From: Rhizobium sp. Q54
GTDB taxonomy: Bacteria; Pseudomonadota; Alphaproteobacteria; UBA828
Reading direction: 5' to 3'
Length of the DNA stretch: 49,094 bases
Assembly: GCA_945902735.1 (NCBI GenBank)
Contig: CAMDNF010000005.1
Span: forward strand, 1 to 49,094
Both the position numbers and the translations under genes were made by a program. This document shows positions 1-9,632 of this stretch, in pieces. The notes under the pieces were generated by a model. It was not told where the DNA came from, ran no database searches, and saw only the letters and a list, made by a program, of their open reading frames with translations. Every line of letters begins with the position of its first letter. The stretch's first letter is position 1.

Positions 1-348
1 GCCGCCCGGCACATCGAGCACCTGGGCAAATAATTGGCGCGCGCGGCGGCGCTCGTCTTGCCGCGCGGCGCGGCCAAGCAATGAGGCGAGCGCCTCATCG
101 AGCGTGATGTCATCGGTTGTGGCGTAGGTCGCGAGCGTTTGGTTGATCCGTTGCGCCATCTCGGCCGCGGCCGCGCGCGTGAAGGTGACGCAGAGAATGC
201 GCTCGGGTGCCGTGCCGCCAATCAACAAACGGATCACGCGCTCGGTCAAAAGCCGTGTCTTGCCGCTGCCCGCCGAGGCGGTGACCCAAACCGTGGCATC
301 GGGGTCAAGCGCGCGCAGCCGTGGCTCGATTTGTATAGTCGTGCTCAT
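1..348 (-). CDS. addA: DNA double-strand break repair helicase AddA, 5' part (runs off the left edge)
   Basis: Not in the ORF track. Manual translation from ATG at 348 (ATGA overlap with the addB stop): MSTTIQIEPRLRALDPDATVWVTASAGSGKTRLLTERVIRLLIGGTAPERILCVTFTRAAAAEM. UvrD-type Walker A (ASAGSGKT) and motif Ia (TFTRAAA). Confidence 0.95.
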   Translation of the reverse strand, partial: MSTTIQIEPRLRALDPDATVWVTASAGSGKTRLLTERVIRLLIGGTAPERILCVTFTRAAAAEMAQRINQTLATYATTDDITLDEALASLLGRAARQDERRRARQLFAQVLDVPGG

Positions 349-3300
349 GGCGCTGGTTCCACCGACCACTCGCCGATGCGCGCCAGATGGGCGTAATCCT
401 GATAGGGCCTGATGAGCGAGGGCCGCGGCTCGACGCGATAGGGCATAGTGGGGTCGTCGAAGCCCGCGACATAATCTTGCAGCCGTGCGAGCAGGCGGCG
501 CGCCAATGCCTCGGCGTCCTTGCCGACGCGTATGACCTTGCCGGGCTCCTCGCCGCCACTTAAGCGCCAATATTCAAGCGCGGTGACCGGTGCGTCCGGC
601 ACGGCGGCGCCGAAGCCGCGGGCCAACGCAATTGCGGCCTCAAGCGGCAATTGAGCGCGCTTGCCGTTTTCCACGTCGTTCTTCGAGGGTACCGTGCCGG
701 TCTTGTAGTCGATGATGACGAGGGCGCCGTCGGCCTTGCGGTCGATGCGGTCGGCCTTGGCGCTTAGGGTGAAGGTGCCGCCCGGCGCGTCGAAACTAAG
801 CGTGCCACTAATTTCGGTTGCGCAAGGATAGGTGCCTTCGGCGCGACGCTCGCGTTCAGCCTCGATGAACCAAGCTGCAATCCGTTCAAAACGCGGCCAC
901 CAAAACGCCATGATGGTCGGCCGATGCGCCCGCGCGGCAAAGCGTGCGCGGCCCGCCTCAATCAATTGCGCCAAGGCATGGTTGGGCAAATCTCTTGGAT
1001 GGTCGCGCACAAAGGCATCGAACACGTCGTGAATCAAACTGCCGCGCTCGGCCGCGCCTGGGTCGGCATCGAGCTCATCAAGCGGCTTAAGACGCAGAAT
1101 GTAGCGCGCATAGATCGAATAGGGGTCGGCGAGCCAGGTTTCGACCGCCGTGACCGAGAGCTGCCTCGGTCGCGTGTGCAGTGGCGGGCGGGGCGCGGGT
1201 GGGGCGCAGGGTTCAACGCGCGCTGGGGCATCAAGCGCGCTCTGCCAGGCGCGAAGATGATGCGCATCGATTTGCGCACGCGCGTTGGGTGCGACAAGGC
1301 CGATCAAGGCATCGAGCCGCGTCAGCCAACGCGAGGCGATGGTGGGCGAGGTGCCGGCCCGACGCGCGCGCGTCAGCAAGACCTCAGGCGCGCCGCAACA
1401 TTGCACGAAGTCGTGCGCCGCGAGGCCGATGCGTCGCTCCGGTGGCGACAGGCCGACCGCTGCTCGCATCGGCCGGCTGAGCCAGGGGTCGGGTTCCGGT
1501 TCAGGCGGCCAGCTGCCTTCGTTCAAGCCGCCGAGGATCATCAAATCCGCGCTTTGCAGGCGTGCTTCGAGCGGCCCCCAAATAGAGAGGCGTGAATGGC
1601 GCGGCCGTGACGGGCGAACCATGAACCCCGCCATGAGCGCTTCGATCAGAGCGGGGTAGGAGGCGGGCGCGATCTCCGGCGCGTCGGCGGCGGCCTCGGC
1701 GATGTCCGCGACAAAACTTGCGGCGCGTTCACCCGCTTCACCGGCCCATAGCCGGCTCGGGCCATGGTCCCGATCGGTCGCGGCAAGCCACTCGGCGAGG
1801 CCGATATGAGCGGCGAGCAAGGCCGCGATCGTCGCGCGTGGCGCCGCCATTGAATCGGCGAAGGGTTTATAGGCTTGAGTCACGCCATCGAGCCATGAGC
1901 TCAACGCGGCAAGTTCTTTGCGACGCGGCTCCGCTTTGGTTTCGGCGATGGCGTCGTCGAGCGCGGCGCCCACGCCGTCAAAGCCTGGCGATGGGCGCGG
2001 GCCGCGCAAACAGGCGAGTTCAAGCGCCCGCACATGGCGGCGAAATAGTTCAGGTGCCAGGCCGCCGGCGGCGAGCGGGTGTTTCAACAGCGCGAGGAGC
2101 GAGACCGGCGCCACTTGTTCGGTCGCGAGCGCGCCGATCAGACGGAGAAAGGCGCCGGGCGGCGTCAGCGCGAGTGGTCGCCCGGCCGAATCATCGACCT
2201 CGATGCCATAGCGTTCGAGCCGCGCCACGACGCGCCGCGCGAGGCCTCGATCGGCGGTAACCAACGCGGCGGTCTTGGTTGGGGTTTCGAGCGTCTCGCG
2301 TAATTTCAAGGCAATCACGCCGGCCTCGTCGTCCTCATTGGCGCATTCAACGCGCGCAAGACCGATGAGCGCGGAGGCGTCGAGTGCGGGCAAATTACGC
2401 CAGACTTCGGTGGTTATTGCTGGGCGCAACGCCTCGGCGATTAGCGCGAGTCGCGCGGCGCAAGAGGGTGGCGTCGCGCCGAGATCGGTAACCATGCTGC
2501 GCGGGACACCGAGCCGTTCGGTCAAATTCTTCAACCCGAATTGCGGGTGCGAGGGGTCGAGCGCGGCCCAAGCCTCGTCATCAAGCGTGCGGTCGAGCCC
2601 AGGCAACACGACCGCGCCTTTGGGGAGGCGGGCGATGGCGGCGATCAAATCGGCGGTCGCCGGCAGGCTACCGGTCGAGCCCGCGGCAATCACGGGGTGC
2701 GGTGGTGGATCTTTGGTCCAGCGCTGGGCCAAAGCTTCAAGCGCGGCATTGCGCCGCGCGACATGGTCCATCAAGCCAATGCGCTCGAGGAGAAGCGGCC
2801 ATTCATGCGTCACGATGGCGAGAAACGCGACGATCTCCTGCCAATGCGCGGCGAAGCGCTCCGGCGCCAGATCCTTGAGCGCCGCGGGATCGACGCGCTC
2901 GCTGTGTAATTCGTCAATAAAGCGTCCAAGTGCGCGAGCCAGCCGCGCCGCTTCATCGGCGCGCACGTTGGGCCTGCCGGTCTTTTTCATTTGCCACGCC
3001 ATGACGAGGCGCATCAGAAGAAAATCGCGCGATAGCGGATCGGCAACGGGCGGCAGAGCATCGAGCCCGCCAATGCCATCGCCATCGAGGCTCGGCTCGT
3101 CATCGTCGAGATCGCCAAAGGGGCGAATGCGCGGTAGAAGCGTCGCCCGCGTGCCGCTTCGGCGCACCAAAGCATCGCTCAGCGCGCGTGCGGCACGGCG
3201 TGTCGGGACGAAAATCACCGCGCGCGCAATCGCCAAAGGATCAGCGGAATTGAGGCTTAAGGGTCCGTCGCCGAGCAACGCTTCAGCCAGGGTGTCGGCA

Positions 3301-3365
3301 AAGGGCAAGCCAGCAGGGATCGCATAAACAACAGGGGCGCGCGCCTTCGCACGCGCCTCGTTCAT
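345..3365 (-). CDS. addB: Double-strand break repair protein AddB
   Basis: 1006 aa with VPTRRAAR, LLPRIRP, AAGSTGS and a C-terminal PD-(D/E)XK nuclease (ADRID..IIDYKTG..QLPLE); directly upstream of addA. Confidence 0.95.
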   Translation of the reverse strand: MNEARAKARAPVVYAIPAGLPFADTLAEALLGDGPLSLNSADPLAIARAVIFVPTRRAARALSDALVRRSGTRATLLPRIRPFGDLDDDEPSLDGDGIGGLDALPPVADPLSRDFLLMRLVMAWQMKKTGRPNVRADEAARLARALGRFIDELHSERVDPAALKDLAPERFAAHWQEIVAFLAIVTHEWPLLLERIGLMDHVARRNAALEALAQRWTKDPPPHPVIAAGSTGSLPATADLIAAIARLPKGAVVLPGLDRTLDDEAWAALDPSHPQFGLKNLTERLGVPRSMVTDLGATPPSCAARLALIAEALRPAITTEVWRNLPALDASALIGLARVECANEDDEAGVIALKLRETLETPTKTAALVTADRGLARRVVARLERYGIEVDDSAGRPLALTPPGAFLRLIGALATEQVAPVSLLALLKHPLAAGGLAPELFRRHVRALELACLRGPRPSPGFDGVGAALDDAIAETKAEPRRKELAALSSWLDGVTQAYKPFADSMAAPRATIAALLAAHIGLAEWLAATDRDHGPSRLWAGEAGERAASFVADIAEAAADAPEIAPASYPALIEALMAGFMVRPSRPRHSRLSIWGPLEARLQSADLMILGGLNEGSWPPEPEPDPWLSRPMRAAVGLSPPERRIGLAAHDFVQCCGAPEVLLTRARRAGTSPTIASRWLTRLDALIGLVAPNARAQIDAHHLRAWQSALDAPARVEPCAPPAPRPPLHTRPRQLSVTAVETWLADPYSIYARYILRLKPLDELDADPGAAERGSLIHDVFDAFVRDHPRDLPNHALAQLIEAGRARFAARAHRPTIMAFWWPRFERIAAWFIEAERERRAEGTYPCATEISGTLSFDAPGGTFTLSAKADRIDRKADGALVIIDYKTGTVPSKNDVENGKRAQLPLEAAIALARGFGAAVPDAPVTALEYWRLSGGEEPGKVIRVGKDAEALARRLLARLQDYVAGFDDPTMPYRVEPRPSLIRPYQDYAHLARIGEWSVEPAP

Positions 3366-4090
3366 GGCGCGGCCGCGATCGCCCGCTCGGCCAGCGCAAG
3401 CCCATCAGGGGTGCCGATATGGAGCCAGGCGCCATCGTGGATGAGGCCGAACAGGCGTTGCGCGGCCTCGGCGCGGTCATAGAGCAATTTCAACGAGAAC
3501 GCGCCATGGGGGGCCCCCTCGAGCAAACGCGGCGTTAGAATTTGCGCGCCGGTGAAAACGAAGGGCGCGCTCTGCGCGGTGCCGCGGCTGGTCAGGCGGC
3601 CCTCGGGCGAAAGCAAATAATCGCCCTTGCCGTCATAGCCGAGCGCGTGCGCGACGGGTTGTAAAAGGAGCAAGGCATCCATGCGTGTTGCGTCGAAGGC
3701 CTGGGCGAGCCTATGCAAAGCCGGTGTCGCGCCATCGCGCACAATGACGTCGGAATTCATGACATAGAACGGCTCATCGCCAAGCAGTTTGCGCGCCCGC
3801 ATCACGCCGCCGCCGGTTTCGAGCAACTCATGCTCGCGCGAGAGATGAAGGCGTAAGGCCGGGTGGGCCGTTTGATAATCGGCGACAAATGTCTCGATCG
3901 CCTCGGCCAGATAATGGGCGTTGACCACGGCCTCCCGCACGCCGGCCGCGCGCAGCGCATCGAGCGAATAGTCGATCAGCGCGCGGTGGCCGACCTTGAC
4001 CAAGGGCTTCGGCACATGATCGGTGATCGGGCGCAAGCGCAGCCCCTTGCCGGCCGCCAACACCATGGCGCGTTGCGGCGGTTTGATCAT
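3362..4090 (-). CDS. murU: Nucleotidyltransferase, MurU-like (MurNAc-alpha-1-P uridylyltransferase)
   Basis: LAAGKGLRLRPITDHVPKPL motif and LETGGG; adjacent to an amgK-like kinase. Confidence 0.8.
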   Translation of the reverse strand: MIKPPQRAMVLAAGKGLRLRPITDHVPKPLVKVGHRALIDYSLDALRAAGVREAVVNAHYLAEAIETFVADYQTAHPALRLHLSREHELLETGGGVMRARKLLGDEPFYVMNSDVIVRDGATPALHRLAQAFDATRMDALLLLQPVAHALGYDGKGDYLLSPEGRLTSRGTAQSAPFVFTGAQILTPRLLEGAPHGAFSLKLLYDRAEAAQRLFGLIHDGAWLHIGTPDGLALAERAIAAAP

Positions 4091-5100
4091 GTGTCGCGCT
4101 CACGCGTGTCGGGCGGGGCGGCGCGCGCGAACCACGCCGCGACTGGGGCCAGCGAAGGGTGCGCCAAATCGCGTTCAACCAAGCCCCACACGCGCGGCAA
4201 GAAGCCCAAATAGCGCTCTTTGCCATCGCGCACGGCGAGGCGCGAGAAGATGCCCAGAATGCGCACATTGCGTTGCGCGCCGAGCACGGCATAGGCGGTG
4301 CGGAAGATGGTCTCGTCGAGTTCGGGCCGCGCGGCAAGATAGCGCGTCATCATCGCCTCGACGATCGGCATCGGCACGTCGCGCCGTGCATCTTCAAGCA
4401 GCGACACGAGATCATAGGGGAAGGGCGCTACGATGGCGTCTTGAAAATCGAGCAAGCCAACGCGACGAAATCCGGTTGGGTCGCCGGCCTTTTGCCGAAC
4501 CGCCGAGAGCCAAATCAAATTGTCGGCATGATAGTCGCGGAGCGCGAGCGCTGCGGGCGCACGCCAAGCCAGCGGCAATGCCGCGCGCCATGTCGCGCGA
4601 TAGGCCTCGCGCTCGGCCGGCTCAACCGTTCGTCCGAAGCGGCGGGGGATATACCAATCGAGGAACAATTCGGTCTCGGCCAAGAGCCGCGCCTCGTCAT
4701 AGCGCGCGAGGCCGGGGGGCGCGGGTCGCGTATGAAGATCGGCCAGCAGGTCGATCGCCGCGGCATAAAGCGCCATCTCCCGTTCGTCATTGGCGTCCTT
4801 GAGAACGCGCGTATAGAGATCGTCGCCGAGGTCTTCGAGCAAAACGAGGCCGAGCGCCTCATCGGCCGCCATGATCGCGGGCGCGCTATAGCCGAGCCCG
4901 CTCAAATGGCGCGCGATACCAAGAAAAGGGCGAACATCCTCCTTGGGTGGCGGCGCGTCCATCAGCACGGCCGTGGTGCCATCGAGCGTCAGGCGATCAT
5001 AATGGCGAAACGAGGCGTCGCCGGCGAGCGGCCGGCGGATCGCGCGGCCCCAGCCGGCTTGGTCGAGAAAGCGCGCGATCAGCGCGTCGCGATCCCTCAT
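4087..5100 (-). CDS. amgK: APH-fold anomeric MurNAc/GlcNAc kinase, AmgK-like
   Basis: GDASFRHY, LLEDLGD, RDYHADNL, LLDFQDA and YDLVSLL motifs; tsaE-amgK-murU synteny. Confidence 0.8.
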   Translation of the reverse strand: MRDRDALIARFLDQAGWGRAIRRPLAGDASFRHYDRLTLDGTTAVLMDAPPPKEDVRPFLGIARHLSGLGYSAPAIMAADEALGLVLLEDLGDDLYTRVLKDANDEREMALYAAAIDLLADLHTRPAPPGLARYDEARLLAETELFLDWYIPRRFGRTVEPAEREAYRATWRAALPLAWRAPAALALRDYHADNLIWLSAVRQKAGDPTGFRRVGLLDFQDAIVAPFPYDLVSLLEDARRDVPMPIVEAMMTRYLAARPELDETIFRTAYAVLGAQRNVRILGIFSRLAVRDGKERYLGFLPRVWGLVERDLAHPSLAPVAAWFARAAPPDTRERDT

Positions 5101-5606
5101 GACATGGCCTCGCGCACCGCATCAAGCCATTGGCGCGCACGCGGACCATGCGCCATCAGGTGGGCCCGCCGCGCGCCCTCGTTTGGCCCAGGATCCAGCC
5201 TGAGGGTAAGCCGGTCGGGCGGCATGCGATCGCCCAGCCGCTCGGGCCATTCGATCAACGTGATCCCGGCGGCCAGCGCATCGTCGAGACCAAGCTCATC
5301 GGCTTCCATGGGCTTGGTCAGGCGATAGAGGTCGAAATGCCAAATCGGCGCCGCCGCCCCCTCATAAATCTGAACCAACGTGAAGGTCGGGCTCGGCACG
5401 TCGAGCGGACCCAGGAGCGCCCCGATGAAGCCGCGCGCGAAGGCTGTTTTGCCGGCGCCGAGCGGCCCTTCAAGGCCGATCACATCGCCCGGCCGCGCCT
5501 CTTCCGCGAGGCGCGCGGCGAGCCGCTCGGTGGCGGACAGATTGGCGAGCTCTACCATGAGGCTCGGGTCTTCCTGTGGCGTCATCCTGGCTTGGGCCTG
5601 TTTCAT
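5097..5606 (-). CDS. tsaE: tRNA t6A biosynthesis ATPase TsaE
   Basis: GPLGAGKT, SPTFTLVQ, HFDLYRL and IEWP motifs; the true start may be slightly downstream. Confidence 0.95.
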   Translation of the reverse strand: MKQAQARMTPQEDPSLMVELANLSATERLAARLAEEARPGDVIGLEGPLGAGKTAFARGFIGALLGPLDVPSPTFTLVQIYEGAAAPIWHFDLYRLTKPMEADELGLDDALAAGITLIEWPERLGDRMPPDRLTLRLDPGPNEGARRAHLMAHGPRARQWLDAVREAMS

Positions 5607-8068
5607 GGGACGAAGGGCGATACCGTGTCGGGGTTTGCCTTTGCCTCGATCGGGAAGCTACAGGTCACCGTGGTGCCGACATCGGCTTGGGAATCAAGGT
5701 GCAGCCTTCCGCCGTGAAGTTCAACGAAGTAGCGCACGAGCGAAAGGCCTAGGCCGGCGCCGGTTTGGCGCGCGAGCGGGGAGGTACCGCGATGGAATTT
5801 CCGAAACACATTGTTCTGTTCCTCGCGGTCGATGCCGACGCCGGTATCAGCCACCCAGATGATCACCGATGTTTCATCGCGCCGCCCGCCTAGCGTGATG
5901 CGCCCGCCCGCCGGGGTAAATTTAAGCGCGTTGCTCAACAGGTTGAACAGAACCTGCTTCACCCGACGTTCATCAGCGTCAAAACGGCCGATCGAGCGCG
6001 GGCAATCGAGCACGAGGTCGAGCCGCTGTTTGCGAGCGCTCTCTTGAACCAGATTGAGCATACTGACGAGCACGCCATGTGCATCGACCGATTCGATTTC
6101 GAGCTGGATCGGACCCGCTTCGATCGTGGCAAGATCGAGAATGTCGTTAATCAAGGCGAGCAATTGCTGTGAGGATTCAAGCACGCCGCGCGCATATTCA
6201 AGCTGACGTTCGTTGAGCGGGCCGAAATATTGGTTGACCAAGATTTCGGTGAACCCGATGACAGTATTGAGCGGCGTGCGGAGTTCGTATGACACATTGG
6301 CGACGAACTCCGATTTCAAACGGTCCGCGGTTTCGAGCGCCTCGGTGCGTTCTCTCAGCGCTTGCTCGACTTGGAAGCTGTCGCTGATATCGAGATAGGT
6401 GACGAGCGTCGCGCCATCGGGCAGCGGCACGAAGGCACAGTCGAATACTTTGCCGTCAAGCCGCGCGAAACGCTGTGTCGACCGCGTACGCTCAGACAAT
6501 AGGGCGACGAACTCGTTCCGTTGGCGCTCGAAATTGGTCGGTTCAAAATAGCCCTGAATGAGGTTGAGAATGTCGTTGATATGCGGCTCGGTCGCAAGGT
6601 GCGCCGAATCCAGATCCCACATCGCGGCGTACCCGGGGTTCGATAGTTTAAGCCGGCCATCCGCGCCAAACACCGCGACCGCCTCATACAAATTGTCGAG
6701 CGTGGCGCGTTGCACCGCGGTCAGCGTTGAATGAGAGCGCTCGAGTGCGAAGCGGTCCGTGACGTCCAGGGTAATGAACATGAGGCCGCCAAAGGGATGG
6801 GGCGTCACGATCTGTCGAAGCGCCGCGCCATCGGGCAAATGCAGGATTTCTTCCAATGGCTCGGTCACGGTCGTGAAGAGACGCTGGAGGCGAGATTTGT
6901 AAGATCGCCAATCGGCTTGTTCTGGCAGTCGCCACGCCTCGCGCATGGCGTCGATGACTTCGCTGATGGTCGGTTCGGTGCGCAAAAACAATTCGTCGAG
7001 CTGAAACAGCTTGGTGAATTCCGAATTGAAAAAACTAAGCCGCATGCCCGAGCCGTAGATTGCGATCGCGGTCGAGAGCGATTCAAGAACTTCGGCATGG
7101 GCTGAAACATGTTGTTTGAGCGTGCCCTGCGTCGCCTCGATGTCGGTGATGTCACGTGCCCAGCCGACGGAGCCACCACCCGCGCCGGGCGATTCGGATA
7201 GCTCGAGCAGGCGGCGTTCGCCATGAATCACGACATGGGAGTGCACTGAAACGGTCTTGTTTTCTGCGATTGCCTGGCGTGCCAGGGCAAGCGGATCGCC
7301 GCCATTTGGTTTCGGCACTAGCTCGATGCCGGGCCATTTGATGATATCGGCCGGCGCGGCCTCGACCGCCGCGGCAAAAGCGGGGTTGCACCAGACAAGC
7401 GCAAGCGAGGCATCGCGCCGCCACATCGGAACGGAGATCGCGTCGGCGACGGCCTTCAAGCCCATCGCGGTTAGACGCTGCTGGCCGACCTCCGCTTCGA
7501 GGCGGGAGAGGGTGTTTACCTCTGACGTCGAATCCCTGAGCGTCAGGCAGATGCTTTGATTGTCGGCCACCGCGGCTGCCTCGAAGCATTTTCCGCCATC
7601 GGCGCTATAGCAGGTTTGTCGCAGCGTATCGCCCGGCTCAAGGCGCGAGAGGCGCCCGCGCAATTCATCGAAGTCTTTGCTATCGAGGTGGCCGGCGAGG
7701 TCATCAAGGCGGCGCACGACGAGGTTGCCAAAGGGTGCTAGCGACGATTTCGGGCTGTTGATCAGCTCGGCCTCGGGCTGGCCGCGACGCCAATAGAGAA
7801 TCAAGGCGGGGGCATAAGCGAGCGCGGCGCGGGCGGTCTCATTGGCCTGGCTCAAACGCGCCAAGGCGGCCTCGTGCGCGGCACGCTCGCGCGCGGCGCG
7901 CTTTAGAATGGTCAGGAAAAGAATGATCGCGCCGGCGCCAAGCAGGGCTGTCGTGCCGAACCCGGCCGTCAACCAATGTTCGGCCTCCCAAGCCGCCTCA
8001 GCGCTGTGTCCGCCGAAACTCAGCCACACCACAAACGCCGCTGCTGCCGACTTGCCTAGTCTCGTCAT
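5603..8068 (-). CDS. divL: PAS-domain histidine-kinase-like protein DivL
   Basis: Start moved to ATG 8068 because the track's 8866 start overlaps ahcY. N-terminal hydrophobic segments, PAS-like repeats, H-box SYELRTPL with Tyr in place of His, N/G boxes NLLSNALKF, DTGVG, GAGLGL; ahcY-divL-tsaE synteny. Confidence 0.85.
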   Translation of the reverse strand: MTRLGKSAAAAFVVWLSFGGHSAEAAWEAEHWLTAGFGTTALLGAGAIILFLTILKRAARERAAHEAALARLSQANETARAALAYAPALILYWRRGQPEAELINSPKSSLAPFGNLVVRRLDDLAGHLDSKDFDELRGRLSRLEPGDTLRQTCYSADGGKCFEAAAVADNQSICLTLRDSTSEVNTLSRLEAEVGQQRLTAMGLKAVADAISVPMWRRDASLALVWCNPAFAAAVEAAPADIIKWPGIELVPKPNGGDPLALARQAIAENKTVSVHSHVVIHGERRLLELSESPGAGGGSVGWARDITDIEATQGTLKQHVSAHAEVLESLSTAIAIYGSGMRLSFFNSEFTKLFQLDELFLRTEPTISEVIDAMREAWRLPEQADWRSYKSRLQRLFTTVTEPLEEILHLPDGAALRQIVTPHPFGGLMFITLDVTDRFALERSHSTLTAVQRATLDNLYEAVAVFGADGRLKLSNPGYAAMWDLDSAHLATEPHINDILNLIQGYFEPTNFERQRNEFVALLSERTRSTQRFARLDGKVFDCAFVPLPDGATLVTYLDISDSFQVEQALRERTEALETADRLKSEFVANVSYELRTPLNTVIGFTEILVNQYFGPLNERQLEYARGVLESSQQLLALINDILDLATIEAGPIQLEIESVDAHGVLVSMLNLVQESARKQRLDLVLDCPRSIGRFDADERRVKQVLFNLLSNALKFTPAGGRITLGGRRDETSVIIWVADTGVGIDREEQNNVFRKFHRGTSPLARQTGAGLGLSLVRYFVELHGGRLHLDSQADVGTTVTCSFPIEAKANPDTVSPFVP

Positions 8069-8151
8069 CCGGGTGCGGACTCGGTTGGTGCGCGCGCGAT
8101 GGTAGCACCCCGCTTTATTCCGGCAAGCGCGAGCTTCAGAGGCGCGCCCCT

Positions 8152-9555
8152 TCAATACCGGTAGTGCTCCGGCTTGTAGGGGCCGGTCTGCTTGACGCCG
8201 ATATATTTGGCCTGGGCGTCGGTCAGCTTGGTGAGCTTGACACCAAGCTTCGCCAAATGCAGGGCCGCGACCTTCTCGTCCAAATGCTTGGGCAAAATGT
8301 AAACTTGGCCTTTTTCGTACTTGGTGGCATTGGCCCAAAGCTCGATCTGAGCCAGCGTTTGATTGCTGAAGGACGCGCTCATGACGAAGCTCGGATGGCC
8401 AGTCGCATTGCCGAGATTGACCAGACGCCCCTCGGACAAAAGGATCAATTTCTTGCCGTCCGGGAATTCGATCTCGTCGACCTGCGGCTTCACATTGTGC
8501 CACTTGTAGTTTTTGAGCGCCGCGACCTGGATCTCCGAATCGAAGTGGCCGATGTTGCACACGATGGCACGGTGTTTCATTTGGCGCATGTGATCGAGCG
8601 TGATGACGTCGACATTGCCGGTCGCGGTGACGAAGATATCGCCAAATGAAACGGCGTCTTCGATGGTGGTGACCTGATAACCTTCCATCGCGGCTTGAAG
8701 CGCGCAGATGGGATCGATCTCGGTGACCACGACCCGGCAACCGGCATTGCGGAGCGAGGCCGCGGAGCCCTTGCCGACGTCGCCAAAGCCGCACACCACG
8801 GCTACTTTGCCCGACATCATCACATCGGTGCCGCGTTTGATGCCGTCGACCAAGCTTTCGCGACAACCATAGATATTGTCGAACTTCGATTTGGTCACCG
8901 AGTCATTGACATTGATGGCCGGAAACAAGAGGCGGCCTTCCTTCTGCATTTGATAGAGCCGGTGAACGCCAGTGGTGGTCTCTTCGCTAACGCCACGAAT
9001 TGCCTTGGCGAGCGCCGTGTACCAGCCGGGTTTTGATTTAAGCCGCGCCTTGATCGCGGCGACCAAAACTTCCTCTTCCTCATTTTGCGGCTTGGGCAGC
9101 GCCGCCTGATTCTTCTCGGCCTCGGAGCCGAGATGGACAAGCAGGGTCGCATCGCCACCATCGTCGAGGATCATGTTCGGCGTGCCGCCATCGGCCCACT
9201 CGAAGATGCGGTGGGTATAGTCCCAATACTCGGTCAGGGTTTCGCCCTTATAGGCGAAGACCGGCGTGCCAACCGCCGCGATCGCCGCCGCGGCATGATC
9301 TTGCGTCGAATAGATGTTGCACGAGGCCCAGCGAATATCGGCGCCCAAGGCTTGCAGGGTTTCGATCAAGACGGCGGTTTGAATCGTCATATGCAGGGAG
9401 CCGGCGATGCGCGCGCCCTTGAGCGGCGCCTTGCCCTTGAACTCGTCGCGGAGCGACATCAGGCCCGGCATTTCGGTTTCCGCCATATCGATCTCGCTCC
9501 GGCCCCATTTGGCGAGGGCGATATCGGCAACCTTATAGTCCGTGGCGTCGGCCAT
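8152..9555 (-). CDS. ahcY: Adenosylhomocysteinase
   Basis: [31 protein letters not shown] and GHPSFVMS motifs. Confidence 0.98.
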   Translation of the reverse strand: MADATDYKVADIALAKWGRSEIDMAETEMPGLMSLRDEFKGKAPLKGARIAGSLHMTIQTAVLIETLQALGADIRWASCNIYSTQDHAAAAIAAVGTPVFAYKGETLTEYWDYTHRIFEWADGGTPNMILDDGGDATLLVHLGSEAEKNQAALPKPQNEEEEVLVAAIKARLKSKPGWYTALAKAIRGVSEETTTGVHRLYQMQKEGRLLFPAINVNDSVTKSKFDNIYGCRESLVDGIKRGTDVMMSGKVAVVCGFGDVGKGSAASLRNAGCRVVVTEIDPICALQAAMEGYQVTTIEDAVSFGDIFVTATGNVDVITLDHMRQMKHRAIVCNIGHFDSEIQVAALKNYKWHNVKPQVDEIEFPDGKKLILLSEGRLVNLGNATGHPSFVMSASFSNQTLAQIELWANATKYEKGQVYILPKHLDEKVAALHLAKLGVKLTKLTDAQAKYIGVKQTGPYKPEHYRY

Positions 9556-9632
9556 TTAGTGACTCCGGGGTGTTGGGGCGCGCGGGCCGTTTTATCAGCC
9601 ACCCGTGGTTGTTACAACTGCGGGAGGGGGTT

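Noticed and set aside
8069-8866. N-terminal extension of the 1087-aa ORF
   Set aside because: It overlaps ahcY in another frame and is low-complexity Arg-rich; DivL more plausibly starts at 8068.
9556-9632. SAH or SAM riboswitch upstream of ahcY
   Set aside because: Only 77 bp with no GAGGAGCG/CAGGCUC-type core; it looks like a plain promoter (TTGTAA-N17-TAAAAC) and RBS.
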